This document shows, piece by piece, positions 44,477-57,364 of a DNA stretch of 64,000 bases. The translations under genes were made by a program, and so were the position numbers. The notes under the pieces were generated by a model, which was not told the origin of the DNA, did not search any database, and saw only the letters and a list, made by a program, of their open reading frames with translations. Source of the DNA: Glycera tridactyla (taxonomy: Eukaryota); assembly GCA_965644265.1 (NCBI GenBank), contig OZ286470.1, positions 65,782,001-65,846,000 on the forward strand. The letters run 5' to 3'. How positions within the stretch are numbered: the stretch's first letter is position 1; the number at the start of each line of letters is the position of its first letter.

Positions 44477-45639
44477 CTAGTGAGAAAAAGGGTTATTTGA
44501 CCCTATGTTTCCTGTCGGCCTTGGTCCCTGGGGAGTGTAACCCTGGGAATAGCCCTGGGAATATCCTTGAGAATATCCCTGCGGATTCTGCCCATTATAC
44601 TGTTGGCCCTGAGAATTAAACTGTCCCATGGTCTGGGTCTCTCTTACTTTATTGATGGCTTGAGCCATAAATCCGTCATGGTGCTGAGGATTAGTGATGT
44701 TGACATACGCCTTCATTACTTTGAAACAATTACCTGATGTGTGCCCAGGCTTTAAACATGCTTCACAGACAGGTGTATTTTTATCTATTTTCTTATTATA
44801 ATTATTATATGTTCCAGGCCCAGGCGTGCCCCAGGAGGGAGTCCCAGGCGGGGTCGAGCTCGACATCTGATTCAAGCTGGTGAGTCTCTTTTTGTGATCT
44901 CCGTTGGAGATCACTATGCTGCCACCCCTCTGTTCGAAATGCTTTCTAACTTCGCCGATTCTGACTCTTGAGGCTGATATAATCAAATGAATCATGATCG
45001 GATCTTTGTAAAAGGATCAAATGATCTAATCTAACACGATTTTAAGATGATTTACTGATCTGATTAACGACAATTTGAAGAAATGTAGCGATTACGTAAT
45101 GGGCATTTCGCCATACATTCGTTTTTGTTGCCGATCACCGAAGCACACAGACATGACCGCTCAGCTGCGCCCAAATAGTAAATGCCCGAATGCTGATCTC
45201 TGATTGGCTGATTTTACACATGCTGTCTACAACTCCATTCATAAATCGGCGCATTGATCATGAAACCTGGTAATGAGGTGCGAAGAAGAAGCACTACTTT
45301 ACTTCCCTACGAACTATCTTATCAACCAAAACACAGATTTTTCGAGATTTATACATGGAAGTAAGACAAATGGATGTCGGGGAATCAAGAGAGAGACAGA
45401 CAGACAGACAGAAAGACAGACAGACAGACAGACAGACGGACGATTTGGCAAAAGTAGTCCCGGCTCTGAACCTAATAAGCATGAATGAATTTCTTGCGAA
45501 CGCTTCTGTTTGTGATGAAATGTGGCCATAATGACACAAGACAAATCCACGGGTGGCTTGCTCATGACTCGCTACCCCATATTCCTGAAGGAGGGCTCGT
45601 CAGTACCCCCACCCGTCCGTCTTTTTCTCTGTGTCTGTT

Positions 45640-45703
<64 letters not shown>

Positions 45704-47647
45704 TATCATCGTCAGTGAGGTGGTGGTGGTTGTTGTGGTAGTAGAGGTGGTGGATATGAAGGTGGTGGTGGCGGTTGTGGTGGGTATGAAGGTGGTGGTG
45801 GTGGGTATGAAGGTGGTGCTGGTGGTGGTGGAGTTGCATGGTGATTGTTGTGGTGGTAATGGTGGTGGTGGTGGGTATGAAGGTGCTTTTGCCATTGCTG
45901 GTGTCGTCGTCGTCGTCATCATCGTCATCTCTCTCTTTCTCTCTCTTTCTCTCTCTTTCTTTCTCTCCCTCTCTCTCTCTCTACTTCGGAGATCTCTCTG
46001 CGCCCCTGGGCGCTCTTGTTACAATCCCTAGCTATGTGGCCTATCTTACCACAATGGTAGCATGTGATTTTTCTTCTAGTGTCTTGGTCCCCTATTGGTC
46101 CATTATTTATCAACTCCCTTATTGCATTCAAAAGTTCCTTATTTTCGGGCGATTCTTTCTCCTGTTTCTGAGGTACCTTTGGGTCTTCTGCCTTTTCTTT
46201 TATTATTGGTGCGGTTGATATGGCTGCAACTTTGTCCGTCAGTTGCTGCATTCTTTCTGGTAAACTGGATAGTGCCTCTGAACTGGGCAATCTTTTATCC
46301 AATTTATCCATAACTACACTGATAGTCGCATCCATTGTTGTCTCCGTAGCTATTTCTTCTAAATTTCCAGCAGTTTCCGCTGCTTCTAATACTGAGTCCA
46401 CGGTTAATGGATTTGCCATCAACATGTAGTTTTTTGCAACTGGGTTCAACCCAGATAAAATGATACTTTTGTATTCACCAAATTGCGCCTGATTAAAGGC
46501 TTGTCCTTGTTTTAATTTGAATAAAAACCTACATTTATTCACTATCCTCATACAAAATTGTTTAGGTGTTTGTGCTGCACCCTGTTTGGTTTTATACAAT
46601 TTAGCCCTAAAGGCAGGCTCACTGTTTCCCTGCACACAGTATTCTGCAAGGAATCTTCTTTCTATTTCCTCGAAAGAAGTGTCTTTTGTGACATGGACAG
46701 TGGAGTACCATTGCTTCACTGTGTCACTGAGGTTAAATGGAAAGTGTCTGACCTTTTCATAGTCAGAGAGTCCGTGTAATGCACAGTATTCATTGAATAG
46801 GTCCAACCATTCAATGGGATTGTTTTTGGCTTAAAATTGCTGCACCTTGACTAGACTCTTATCTTTTACTACAAAAGTGTGCTGAGCTTGAGGCATAAAA
46901 TTCGGTGGTTGTGTAGAGGGTGGGCCATGGATGGCCATGTTATGTTCCACCAGTCCTGTTTTTGGACGGGTACCTGTCCCTAATGGGACGTCCTTAGGTG
47001 TGCTTGTCCTTGCATCAAAAGATGTGTGATCAATGTTCGACAAAAATGGATCATAAGCTTCTGGTATTCTATATGTGTAGCGAGGGGGGGGGGGGATAAT
47101 ATGCGTTGTCAAAAGAATGTAATTCACCTGTCCTTCTTCGAGATGAATTCCTTCCCGTGACTTCCCTTGGCGTATTTCCTTGACTTCTATTTTCCTGGGA
47201 CATAATCCCTGAATACCTGTTTTCTTGTAGTGTAATCCCTGAATTTCTGTTATCCTTCTGTTTCAGAGCCTTTGAGAGTCGCTGATGTATAGCATCCTGT
47301 ACGGACTCCTCATCGCCGCCATCTTCACTGCTTAGATCCCCACCATCCTCTGCATCCGTGTCCTCTTCATCGTCTTCTTCAGCCGCTTTCTCCCGATCTT
47401 CTTCAATCTGCCGCTTGTCAACGTCTTCTGCAGCTTCTTCGCCATCTTTCCCTGCAATTTCTTGATTTTTGGACAATTCTTTCCCTGCTTTTCTTGTATT
47501 TTCGTCATCGGACATGCTCGCTTGCGCCGCTTGGCTTTTGAATGTCACCTCGCCGCCGCTATCGCCTTCCATATCACCTAGCTCTTCAGCCCGTACGATC
47601 GTCGTCGAACGTGTCGTGTCCGTATACGTTTTAGAAGTCTGTTCCAT
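44477..47647 (-). pseudogene. gag: Gag with acidic N-terminus, capsid domain and two CCHC knuckles; disrupted
   Basis: ATG 47647; frameshift in G12 run 47084-47095; TAA 46831-46833 in VQQF*AKNNPIEWLDLF; CYHCGKIGHIARDC and CEACLKPGHTSGNC; 1-kb insertion; TAG 44477-44479. Confidence 0.92.
44980..45981. mobile_element. 1002-bp microsatellite-rich insertion in gag flanked by TA
   Basis: TA at 44978-79 and 45982-83; removing 1004 bp restores in-frame ISEV-SASRVRIGEVRK. Contains (GACA)n, (CT)n and (GGT)n. Confidence 0.85.
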
Positions 47648-47658
47648 TGTATCATCGA

Positions 47659-47672
47659 CAGCTTCTCCACCA
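47659..47672 (-). other. Primer-binding site, probably tRNA-Ala
   Basis: Minus strand TGGTGGAGAAGCTG 2 nt after the 5' LTR; complementary to the ...CUCCACCA 3' end of eukaryotic tRNA-Ala. Confidence 0.75.
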
Positions 47673-47674
47673 TA

Positions 47675-48594
47675 TATTATGGCTGGCTACCGGTCTGTTG
47701 TATTGTATGCTGCGAGGGGCGGTCGAAGGTACGGATCACCATATTCGTCGCGTTCTCCTACGTTTCCTCCTCTTCAATATGCTTCAATAAAGTGATGTGG
47801 AGTCTACCTCTCTTCTTCGTGTTTTCACTATGAACTACTAGTGTTAGAGTGTCACTATAATTCACAAGAGTTCCTGTATGTGGGGGTAGAGTGTATACAA
47901 GGTATAACACAACTCGCTTGAATAGTGATGTATAAAGCAGGCCGTTAAGCTCTACTCAGTGAGGTACTGGATCTTCATGGAGTCGATGTTGTAGCCGTCC
48001 GTCTGGTGGTCCGTCCCCTTCTATGCCCCTGGGTATAACGTCTGGTAGTGCCCGAATTGCAGTACCCCGATTTCTCGATTTTCTGGGGATTTTATAGTAA
48101 AGTGAGGTATGCCGTTTCTAAGCATACCTCGGCCAATTCTGACGTATGCGTGGCATGAGTCGTATTGGTGACTAATAAGGTGTCCAACATGATCGGGAGG
48201 TGCATTCCTCACCGTCTGGGACCATTTTTGGGTTCCTGGGACCCGGCAGTGCCGAGATATTGACCTACAAAACCTACGTCACTTGACTACAGTAAGTAGG
48301 TCAATTTTGACGTAGGACCGGCAATTTGGCTTGTTCAATGCCTTATATAGAATGTTCTTGACCAATTTCCAAGAAATCCGGTGGTTCTGGCGCTTGTAGC
48401 TCGTATGATAGCCGCTACTGCGCTTCGAACCTGGTACCCCCTCTAGGAAGTATTGGTCTATTAATATTTGCAGCGTCAGACTGGCCATGGGCTAAGCCGC
48501 GCTCAGTCTTTTGCCCGCTAGCTTTCGTTCCAATCGGACGTATGTATGCTAGCTCTTCAGGAATCATATATATCAAGTGAGTGGCTCCATAATA
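47675..48594 (-). repeat. 5' LTR (920 bp)
   Basis: Direct repeat of 32661-33580. Confidence 0.97.
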
Positions 48595-50487
48595 TATATA
48601 TATATATATATATAAATGTACAAAATACAAACTGATGCTCCGATACAGGACTGTTTCCAGGTTGACGAAATTCAGTTTTTCAAAGTCAAAGTCTGTTCTG
48701 CCGATGGGAGAGTGGCTGGAAAAGTTTGTTTTTTTCCTGTGAAGACATGTGGCATACGTTGATGACATATGTTTGTGTTACGTCATCAATATCAAAGCAA
48801 TGTGGGTGATCAAGGGACACGTGTTTCGATCGACTCAGATCAAAGCTACGATCTCGTGACACTGGAGCCGCATCCTACAGGAAGTTGATGGAAGACCTAC
48901 TTGTACTTGTGATGGACTCATCCTGCCAGCGGATGTTATGTTAAGAATGATATTCGGATGCAACAAATACGATTACAATACGCTATTTGATCTATCAGAT
49001 GAGTGAAGGCCCTCATCCATCATGGATGTTGGTCATGCTATCTGGAATTTCTATCGACTCCAAGTACAGCTTAAGCTGTCCATAGAGGCCATCTTCGGTC
49101 GCATCAAAAGGTGGCCTTTGTAGGCAGGTGACCTTTACAGAGAGGCCACTTCGAGAATACTATCACGGTCGCGGTCATGATAGTATTTTCAAGTGTAAAT
49201 GAGCTCTTCTCAAATGTACGAGAATTTAGAGTTTCGTTTCTCATTCTCACCAGAATTTTCTGACCCGGGGGAGTCTTGAATGATTCCACTCATGCTTATT
49301 GCATGGGTATCTTAATTTAGTCCAGAAGATGTTCGCAGCACATCAACCAACCAACCAACTGCCATGTCTTTGGACAAAATAGGGCGAGGGGTGGGGTGTG
49401 AAAGGAGGTTTTACCATACTCATCTTCCCTTGCCTCACAGCAGCCCCGGGCTCGATGATCCGACCTGATTGCATGACCTAACCATGACAGCTATTAGATG
49501 CTCCTAATCATGGAGTCAGGCCGATGGCTGTCTCCCTGCCTCCATTAGGGGTAGTAGGCATTGGAATGAGCTAGATGAACTTATCAAAACAACAGACAAT
49601 GTCAAATCCCTACCCTAATACTTGAATACATGTGAGAAAGAGAAAATGACAGGTCTTTGGTCAATTTGCAAATAGACGAAGTGCTGTGCATTATCCCAAA
49701 CTCCTCATCTTTCTTTTTTTTTTTTTTCGTTGTGTTTCTTGCTGGCCATATATGTATTGAATATCTGTCAATAATTCATGTTGCAGCTTGTATTTCATTG
49801 TCAGTTGCACGTATATTTCTAATGAGTTTTGTTTTCTTAGGTTGTCAGATATGGGAATATATCTCAGAGGAAAAATAAAGTTTGAAAAAAAGCAAATTCA
49901 AGAGTGACTTAAGTCATCACTTTTGATTGTTTTGGGAGAAATATCAAAATCAGCATCTATAGACTCCAACCATGACCACTGATCTACACTTTCATGGTAA
50001 GCATGCAACCACACATGAAGAAAACAAAGAGCATTATTTTAGTATATCATATGACACACGCTTTGCAGATGATCAATTTCACATTCAACACCATGGAAGA
50101 TCACACCATGAACTCGACATATCCCACCTCTTTTGGAATATATCCAAACCAGGTGATTCTTTCACATGAAACATCTTTATTCACACAAATGTAAGTCGTT
50201 TCACAAGCAATCGTGGTCAATGAACATAACTTCATGTAACACATACATACATACAACACGAGACTGGTATAACTTATTACAATCATGGAGAACAGGGTAA
50301 CGTAAATGTAGATATTGTAAACCGTAGAAGACAGGCAATAATTAATATAGAGATACTCAATAGGTGTGGTTCTATGGATTGTTAGGTCGGGAAATCGTTT
50401 TAGCTGCTGTGTGGCTTCCTTGAGTTTGTTACACCAGCTTCGTAAATGAGATTGTGTGGTACACCTACTTAGTAAATACTCGACGAA

Positions 50488-51290
50488 TCACATCCTATAA
50501 ATGATCTTTGCCTGGCTCTTGGCAGTTGACAGACATTGGCTGCTGCGAAAACCATCAGGGCTGCTGTTCCATAGTTTGGCGCCCCTGTATGTAGCGCTAC
50601 CTGTCGCAAATTGAGTATGGAGTCTCGGGATGGCAAGGTCATTTCTCACCGTTTGACGTGTTTCTCTACTCGATAAGGCAGATCGCTGTTGTATCAGCCC
50701 TGATAGTTGCGAGCTTCCAATGCCATTTACCATTTTATATGTCTCCGTTAGGAGATGTCGGTTCCGTAGTGTCGACAGGTAGGGTACATTCAGAGTTGTA
50801 TGACATTTGGTTGCAGAGTATGCCTGTGGATTATTCCGTACTACCCTGAGACATCGGTTTTGTAGCATTTGTAGCTTGTGTCCCATCATTGTCCCCATAC
50901 CACCATAAATATAGTCACAGTAACAGATGACTGACTGTATGAGGGAATGATATAAGAAAAGTGCCCTCTTCTCGGTGATATATGGACGCAGATGAGACAG
51001 GGCAGACAGCCGATGATTGATCTTTGTTGAGTGAGCAATATGTTTCTCATAAGGGAGCCTGGGGCACCCCACATGTCACTGGCATTCCGCTGGAGATTAT
51101 GTTCTCGAACTTGGTAGATTGGGTACGGTCAGATAGATATGAGCTTAACCAATCAATGGTACTGCGACGAAAGCCTATCTCGATAAGTCTTTCCAATAAA
51201 CAGTTATGATCAACTGTGTCAAACGCCTTCTTCAGATCCAGGAAGAGGACACATGGGGTGGTGAACCAATATACATTCTCGCATCACCTA
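50488..51290 (-). mobile_element. 5'-truncated, internally deleted CR1/L2-type LINE RT fragment, inserted (~49990-51396) into the dispersed repeat
   Basis: LFLDLKKAFDTVDH...LSSYLSDRTQ...TCGVPQ, then LYHSLIQSVICYC...LQNRCLRV...YRGAKLWNS. Confidence 0.88.
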
Positions 51291-52254
51291 TCAACCATCA
51301 GCCATAGAATTGGAATCTCCAGGATAGTAAGTCACAAACAATATAGTCACTCTCCAATCAAAAGGATACAAAATGAACAAGAGCGCCAAGACACAGCGGA
51401 GAATTCGTTTAATTTGCAGTCTCATGGGTGAAACAGCACCACAATTTGGCAGCTCTGTAGAAATCGAGATAATATGATGAATATTCACCAGACAAGAGCC
51501 AAATGTCAAGCTTTATTACATGGATATGACATTTTCAGTAAAGTATCAGGTGTTGAGTATTGCGTGTGATACTTCACGACTGGATGAGAACTACTTTTTC
51601 ACAATTTCTGCTCTGATTAATGTATTAAATGCAAGACTATATGACCATGAGGTACAAATGCAATAACAGACTCAGTGTGAATTTCTCCTATCCTTACATT
51701 TGGGAAGCACCTCGTGTACATGACCCACAGTGCAGGAGTGTAGCCAGACAGGTACAATATAGACCGCTCGCAACTCCTAAATGTGATAATCTTCCTCACA
51801 GAGGAACAGTACTGTGGGACCCTTTTTTTTCGGAGGTTAAGGGTCCGCGATGGTAGGTGAAATGATGTGAAATACACAGAAATTCAAGGTGTCATATCGG
51901 GTCACCTTCACTGAAAGTGGGATTGGTGTTAAGTGGACACCGCCGTCGGTGTCATCAACTGGTGCCCAAAATAATTCCAGTCCTGGCATTAGGCCAACGC
52001 CAGAAATCTGGCGTTAGGAGAAGACCATCAGAGAGATAGGAGGAACACCTGATAAGGTATATCAGTTAATCCAGTTAGGTGTATCTGAGACACCAGTGAA
52101 CAGATTTGGGCTATACCTGTATGGTGTTATGGTGACACCAATTGGAGTGATGGTCAGAATGGGCAGGGGGTCCTCCATTTGCTTCGAATGCATGTCATGT
52201 TTTGTCGTGTTCATATTCCATTTGACAGATGCACATACTCTCACACACATGCAC

Positions 52255-52318
52255 ACACATACACACATGCACGCTCACACATACCCACACACCCCAACAT
52301 GCACACCTACAATCATAA

Positions 52319-52369
<51 letters not shown>

Positions 52370-52520
52370 AGAACTCACATCCCCATACACACACAAAACC
52401 CACACATATGCACCTACACACATACTCACACACACGCACACCTACACAGATCTATTAGCACACACTCTCACACACATACACACAAATAGATGCATACACA
52501 TACAAACATACATGAATACA
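52255..52520. repeat. (CA)n-rich simple repeat
   Basis: Degenerate and perfect CA runs. Confidence 0.95.
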
Positions 52521-52959
52521 TGAAATATGAGATAATCCCCCAATAGTTACCTCTAGTACGAGACATTGCTTGTGGTGATTCTCAAGTTGTTCTTCATGCA
52601 GAACAACTGGCTTTCTTTGTCTGAGTCCATGTTACCCCTATCATTGTACATCTACAAGTGGCAAGAGGGGAGGTAACCAATTGTTTACTCAGTCTAATTC
52701 GCTACCAGCATGCAGTGCAGTGCATGCTACTAATTGAGCGTCACTCAACCGTGAAAAGCTGGCACTAGCAGTAGTGTTGGTGATCATGAAATACAAAAAT
52801 AGAGGCCTGCTAGTTTGAAACAGGTGCTGTCCCAACACCTAGAAGTAGTTAAGCTTTCTCAACACCAGAAAATCGTCTTCTTAACACCAGATTGGTTTAG
52901 AGTGTTGCGGGGTCACATGTGAGCAATTGTGATCTCATGATAGCCTACTTGAAGCTTTT

Positions 52960-53470
52960 TTTCCAATTTGAACTTTCTGACAACTTGCGAAAAGTGAATT
53001 CATCTTCGGGACAGTGATTCTTCCAATCTGCTCTCCTGCTGGGAGAGTGGCTAAATATATTCTCTTGAAGACATATGACATATGTTTCCATTCCATTATC
53101 AATACCACAACAATAGTGGTAATCAATAGACACGTGTTTTGATCGACTCAGATCAAAGCTACTATCTCGTGACACGGGAGCCGCATCCAACAGAAAGTTG
53201 ATGGGAGAACTACTTGTTCACAGAGTACTTGTGATGGACTCATCCCACCATCGGATGTGTCAAAAATGATATTCGGGTGCAACAAATGCGATTACAATGC
53301 GTTTTTTGATCCAGCAGATGAGTAAAGGCACTCATCCGTTATGTGTGTTGGTCATGCTATCTGGAATTTCTATCGACTCCAAGTACAGCTTGAGTTGTCT
53401 ATAAATGCCACATTCGGTCTCATTATAAGCTGGTCTTTATAGGCAGGTAGCCTTTATGGAGAGGCCACTT
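52960..53470 (+). repeat. Uninterrupted copy of the repeat family split by the LTR element (32520-32600 + 48700-49160)
   Basis: Shared gtgattcttccaatctg, gggagagtggct, gacacgtgtt..gatcgactcagatcaaagcta, ggtcatgctatctggaatttctatcgactccaagtacagct. Confidence 0.8.
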
Positions 53471-53999
53471 ACAGTTTGATTTGATTTGATTTGATTTTGG
53501 TGCAGTGGATAATTAAATAACATTTTCAGGGCACTTATGGGCCAATGTAGCACGGACATTTCAATCGCGATGCCAATATCAGCCTAAAAACTAAGTCGCT
53601 TGCAGAAATAACAATAACATCCTTATAGCAGCCACATACAATCTATCACAGAATCAAAACAAAATTATTCCGGCTCACTGCTCAAATCGCTTGAACATGA
53701 AGTGACATCTCGTGCCAAGATCTCGGTTTACACACTCAAAATGAACTTCCTATCATTTATTTTTCAAAAAGAATATTCCTTTGGAAATTTAATTTCAACG
53801 ATGGTGGCTGATATTTCCACCTTACAAGTGTGTGATGCGCTGAAGGGCGGAATACCTTTTGGCACTAATGTGTCATCAAACATATCATTTTATGTCGCAT
53901 CACTGGACATTGTGTGCCAATGGTGAAAAAGCAGCCAAAGTACTGGCTTGATATGCCGTTTTGCGACAGACATGCAACCGGCCGGATGCAATACATAGG

Positions 54000-54127
54000 N
54001 NNNNNNNNNNNNNNNNNNNNNNNNNNNNNNNNNNNNNNNNNNNNNNNNNNNNNNNNNNNNNNNNNNNNNNNNNNNNNNNNNNNNNNNNNNNNNNNNNNNN
54101 NNNNNNNNNNNNNNNNNNNNNNNNNNN
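54000..54127. other. Assembly gap
   Basis: N run. Confidence 0.99.
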
Positions 54128-54741
54128 TAAACTCTCTTTCTTTCTTTCTTATTTCTTTCATTCTCCCTTTTTCTACATTCCCTCCCTCTCCCTAGCTCTT
54201 ACTCAATCTATAAATCCATCCATCCATGGTGGTGTTGGTGCTGGAGCATAGTACCATCAATCGATCCGATGACACAGTGTAACACAGTCTTGGGGATGCC
54301 TGTGTTGGCGCTTGCCATTAACCAGTTAACAAGGGGCTAATGCTTTTCACACATGGCTAAAGAAATATTCTTTAATCCTTAGACAAACTGGCTAATATAA
54401 ATTGAATCGAAGCGAAGGAGAACAGGGAGAGTATCCACTCGTACAGCTCATTCAGTCATGATAATCCATGATGATATCTGGGGGCAGCAACAGAATCCTC
54501 GTGTCTGGAACTCAATATAAAAGTCTGCATTCAAACTTTTGGCGACTTAAAGTCATCTTATAGCTCTTTTTGCTAGAGCATGTAAATTTGGCCAAAAAGG
54601 AATCAGCTGTTTCAGCGCCAAACTTTCTGATGGATATATATTGTTCTAGTGCCTTCCCAGGATACCTTAGGTATTGCTATGAGCTGTGATGTTTTATCCA
54701 TTTTCAGGCAATCAGTTTGTGCTCCTCGTGTACCACATACG

Positions 54742-55030
54742 ATGACGTCGACGGACAGGAGAGTCAGATACAGGTCCTCTGTGGTCATCTCCATGTTATG
54801 GCTGAGCCTGTCCTATCCTTCTCATTCGGCTGCTGTGCCAGAGAGCCAGGAGTCAGAGAAGAACACCCTCACAGTAGGGCTCCTCATCCCTTCCTCAGTG
54901 GCCTGGGATCTGGGCAGTCAGATTGCATCGGCCATCATTCCTGCAACACAAGAGATCCGAAGACGCCAACTGCTGCCCAATCACCACATTGAATGGGTTC
55001 TCGGAGACACGGGTTGTGTCTCCCAAATTG
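54742..55030 (+). CDS. Receptor guanylyl cyclase-like gene 2, first coding exon (signal peptide + start of ectodomain)
   Basis: SVVISMLWLSLSYPSHSA signal-like, TLTVGLLIP, ASAIIPA, LLPNHHIEWVLGDTGC; donor ATTG|gtgaga. Start codon choice uncertain. Confidence 0.8.
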
Positions 55031-55199
55031 GTGAGACTGATTTTTGCAACGCTTCCATCTCGTAGTTGCTTTCGACCATATCTCGGCTTTGTATTTGTTC
55101 GTGTTGCACATATATTGTTTAAGTACTCACAATGTAACAACAGAGCAACCAAGTCAGCAATCCGACAACACCGGCGCCCATGAACAACACATAAACCCA

Positions 55200-55383
55200 N
55201 NNNNNNNNNNNNNNNNNNNNNNNNNNNNNNNNNNNNNNNNNNNNNNNNNNNNNNNNNNNNNNNNNNNNNNNNNNNNNNNNNNNNNNNNNNNNNNNNNNNN
55301 NNNNNNNNNNNNNNNNNNNNNNNNNNNNNNNNNNNNNNNNNNNNNNNNNNNNNNNNNNNNNNNNNNNNNNNNNNNNNNNNNNN
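55200..55383. other. Assembly gap
   Basis: N run. Confidence 0.99.
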
Positions 55384-55756
55384 ATGCAAAATATGAATTG
55401 GGACGTCATGTCGAAGCAAGATATTAAGATTCATGTCCATTTATGGCAGGGCTTGATGAGTGGCTTCTTTGGCCAGGGTCACAACTTTTGGTAAAATTCA
55501 CTACTGGTCATTCGCAGTTTCGCCATTTCTATGGCTCATCAGATAAATGATGATGGAAGTTACTCTCGACAGAAAAGAGAGACTTTATTTCGAGGGGGGG
55601 GGGCACTTCTGGTGGAATGCCCTCCTCTCCTGCATCCTATCTTCTGGGGTTGTTCACATGGGAGGGTCACCAAAGAACACAGTAAATACCGGGACCATCT
55701 GTCTTCTTCTGTTCCTTCTCTTCTCGAGGTCCCACATAGCTGCCAGTAGGTGGAAT

Positions 55757-56190
55757 TTAAAGATATTGATTCTTAAGGATTTTGACAGGTACTGTCCAGT
55801 CTCTTGGAATAAAGGCCTTATTCTGTAGGTGCACTATGGGTTTATCCATGGTGTTTAATCCTATGGGTGACTGGGTGTGCAGTCTGTGACTCCACTTAAA
55901 TTCAGTGTCATCACGTAATTTAGCCGCATGTATTGCATCCAGGAATGCATAGATGAACTCCGAAATGGTGACCTTCACATCTCCTCTTCCATTGTAGGCG
56001 GGGAGATTGAAGTTGCCTGCTGATGTCTGTTTGTTCGCACGGATCCTTCAATTGAATGCTGCTAAAGTGGGCCTGGATTCTATCCATACACCTTAACTTG
56101 CTTTGGTCAACATACTGTTTCCCACTTGTTTTGCAATTAAGAAATATAGGAAATTAATTTTGGACTTTCGCAGATCACATTCTCTCATGA
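55757..56190 (-). mobile_element. Penelope-like element remnant (GIY-YIG endonuclease end)
   Basis: Minus strand NVICES...NCKTSGKQYVDQSK.R.MDRIQAH...LRDDTEFKWSHRLHTQSPIGLNTMD, matching the PLE GIY-YIG pattern (C..CGKQYVGQT...WI..L.T..P.GLN). Confidence 0.75.
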
Positions 56191-57364
56191 GCAGTATTCT
56201 CGTCCAGATAAATTACTGATGATTCTACCGCTCTGGTCGGGAATAGCACAATATTTGCAATTTTTGGTATTGTATTTATTGCGTGTCTCGTAGTTATTAT
56301 CTATTTATTCATCTATATATATTGTCTATGATTTGAACTCCATTATCTCGAATATGAACGGGTGAGTCTAGCTCATATTGTTCGTGTCCCAGTCCCATGA
56401 AAGAGTGCCCATGTAATGGGCAGTTCTGTCCCTTCTTTTCTAGATAGTACCTTTCACAGTGGAATCTATTTTTTCACTGATAAATCGTGTGTAAAAATCT
56501 GTTACCTGTGTGAATGAGGCTGTATGTGGGTGTGATTGTTCAACCTATAGGATATGAATGAGGCATAATTGTGAATGAGTGTATTGTCTATAATTATTTC
56601 CTTTGTGATATGCATGTGTGTGAATGTGATTATATTATTTTACTTTGTGATTTCATGTTGTATACATGTTTTGTGCTATTTCATTTCTTCTACCGAGTAT
56701 GTTGGGTAAAGCCATATTGGGCAAAATTCATTTCACTACGAGTTGAAATGGAGATCATTCAATTTGATTGAAAGGACAAAAATGGATTGTCTTGAGTATT
56801 CATATAGCAAGAATGCACACACTTACATGATGATATCATATGCAAGGGATCGCAGATGGAGTATTCTCCCAAAAGCAATGGATGCCGAGGGAGATCACTT
56901 CACCTGCAATACGGACCATGTGATACCATCGTTCTTACTGCTCGGGAACGGCATTTTTGCATTCATGCCACACGTACTACAACCTTCCTTCTAAATCAAT
57001 TTTGATTTTCTTTTTGTTGAAATCTTCTTCGCCATACTTTCACAACTAGTCACCCCTCCCTCCCATGTTTGTTCGGCTTGCATGCCCACTGGTACATATC
57101 CGACAGGATATGATTCATAGTTGAGCAGTAGCTAAGGTACCAGTCAGGTGATAAATAGCAAAAGTAGTCCTGGCAATACTCCCCGGTCGGCGAGAATTTC
57201 ACGTGATATCACATGCCACTCTATCATACGTTTATCATATGAACCACGCAAGTGTGGCATAAAACCTGTGAACGATCTCTGGACATATCTACAGCAGTGG
57301 GGTATAGTTGCAGAGTTAGTCTGTAGTGATTGGTATCAGTGAATATTGTTTTCATATTTGCCAG

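Larger units (their letters stand above)
32661..48594 (-). mobile_element. Ty3/gypsy LTR retroelement with env (errantivirus-like endogenous retrovirus), 15,934 bp, inserted in (TA)n
   Basis: Two 920-bp direct LTRs, PBS, gag, PR-RT-RH-INT pol order, F-type env; (TA)n on both flanks. Confidence 0.97.

Noticed and set aside
45273-46218. Thr/Val/Glu-Arg-repeat ORFs
   Set aside because: Translations of microsatellites in the gag insertion.
47659-47672. tRNA gene
   Set aside because: Only a 14-nt PBS complement; no cloverleaf.
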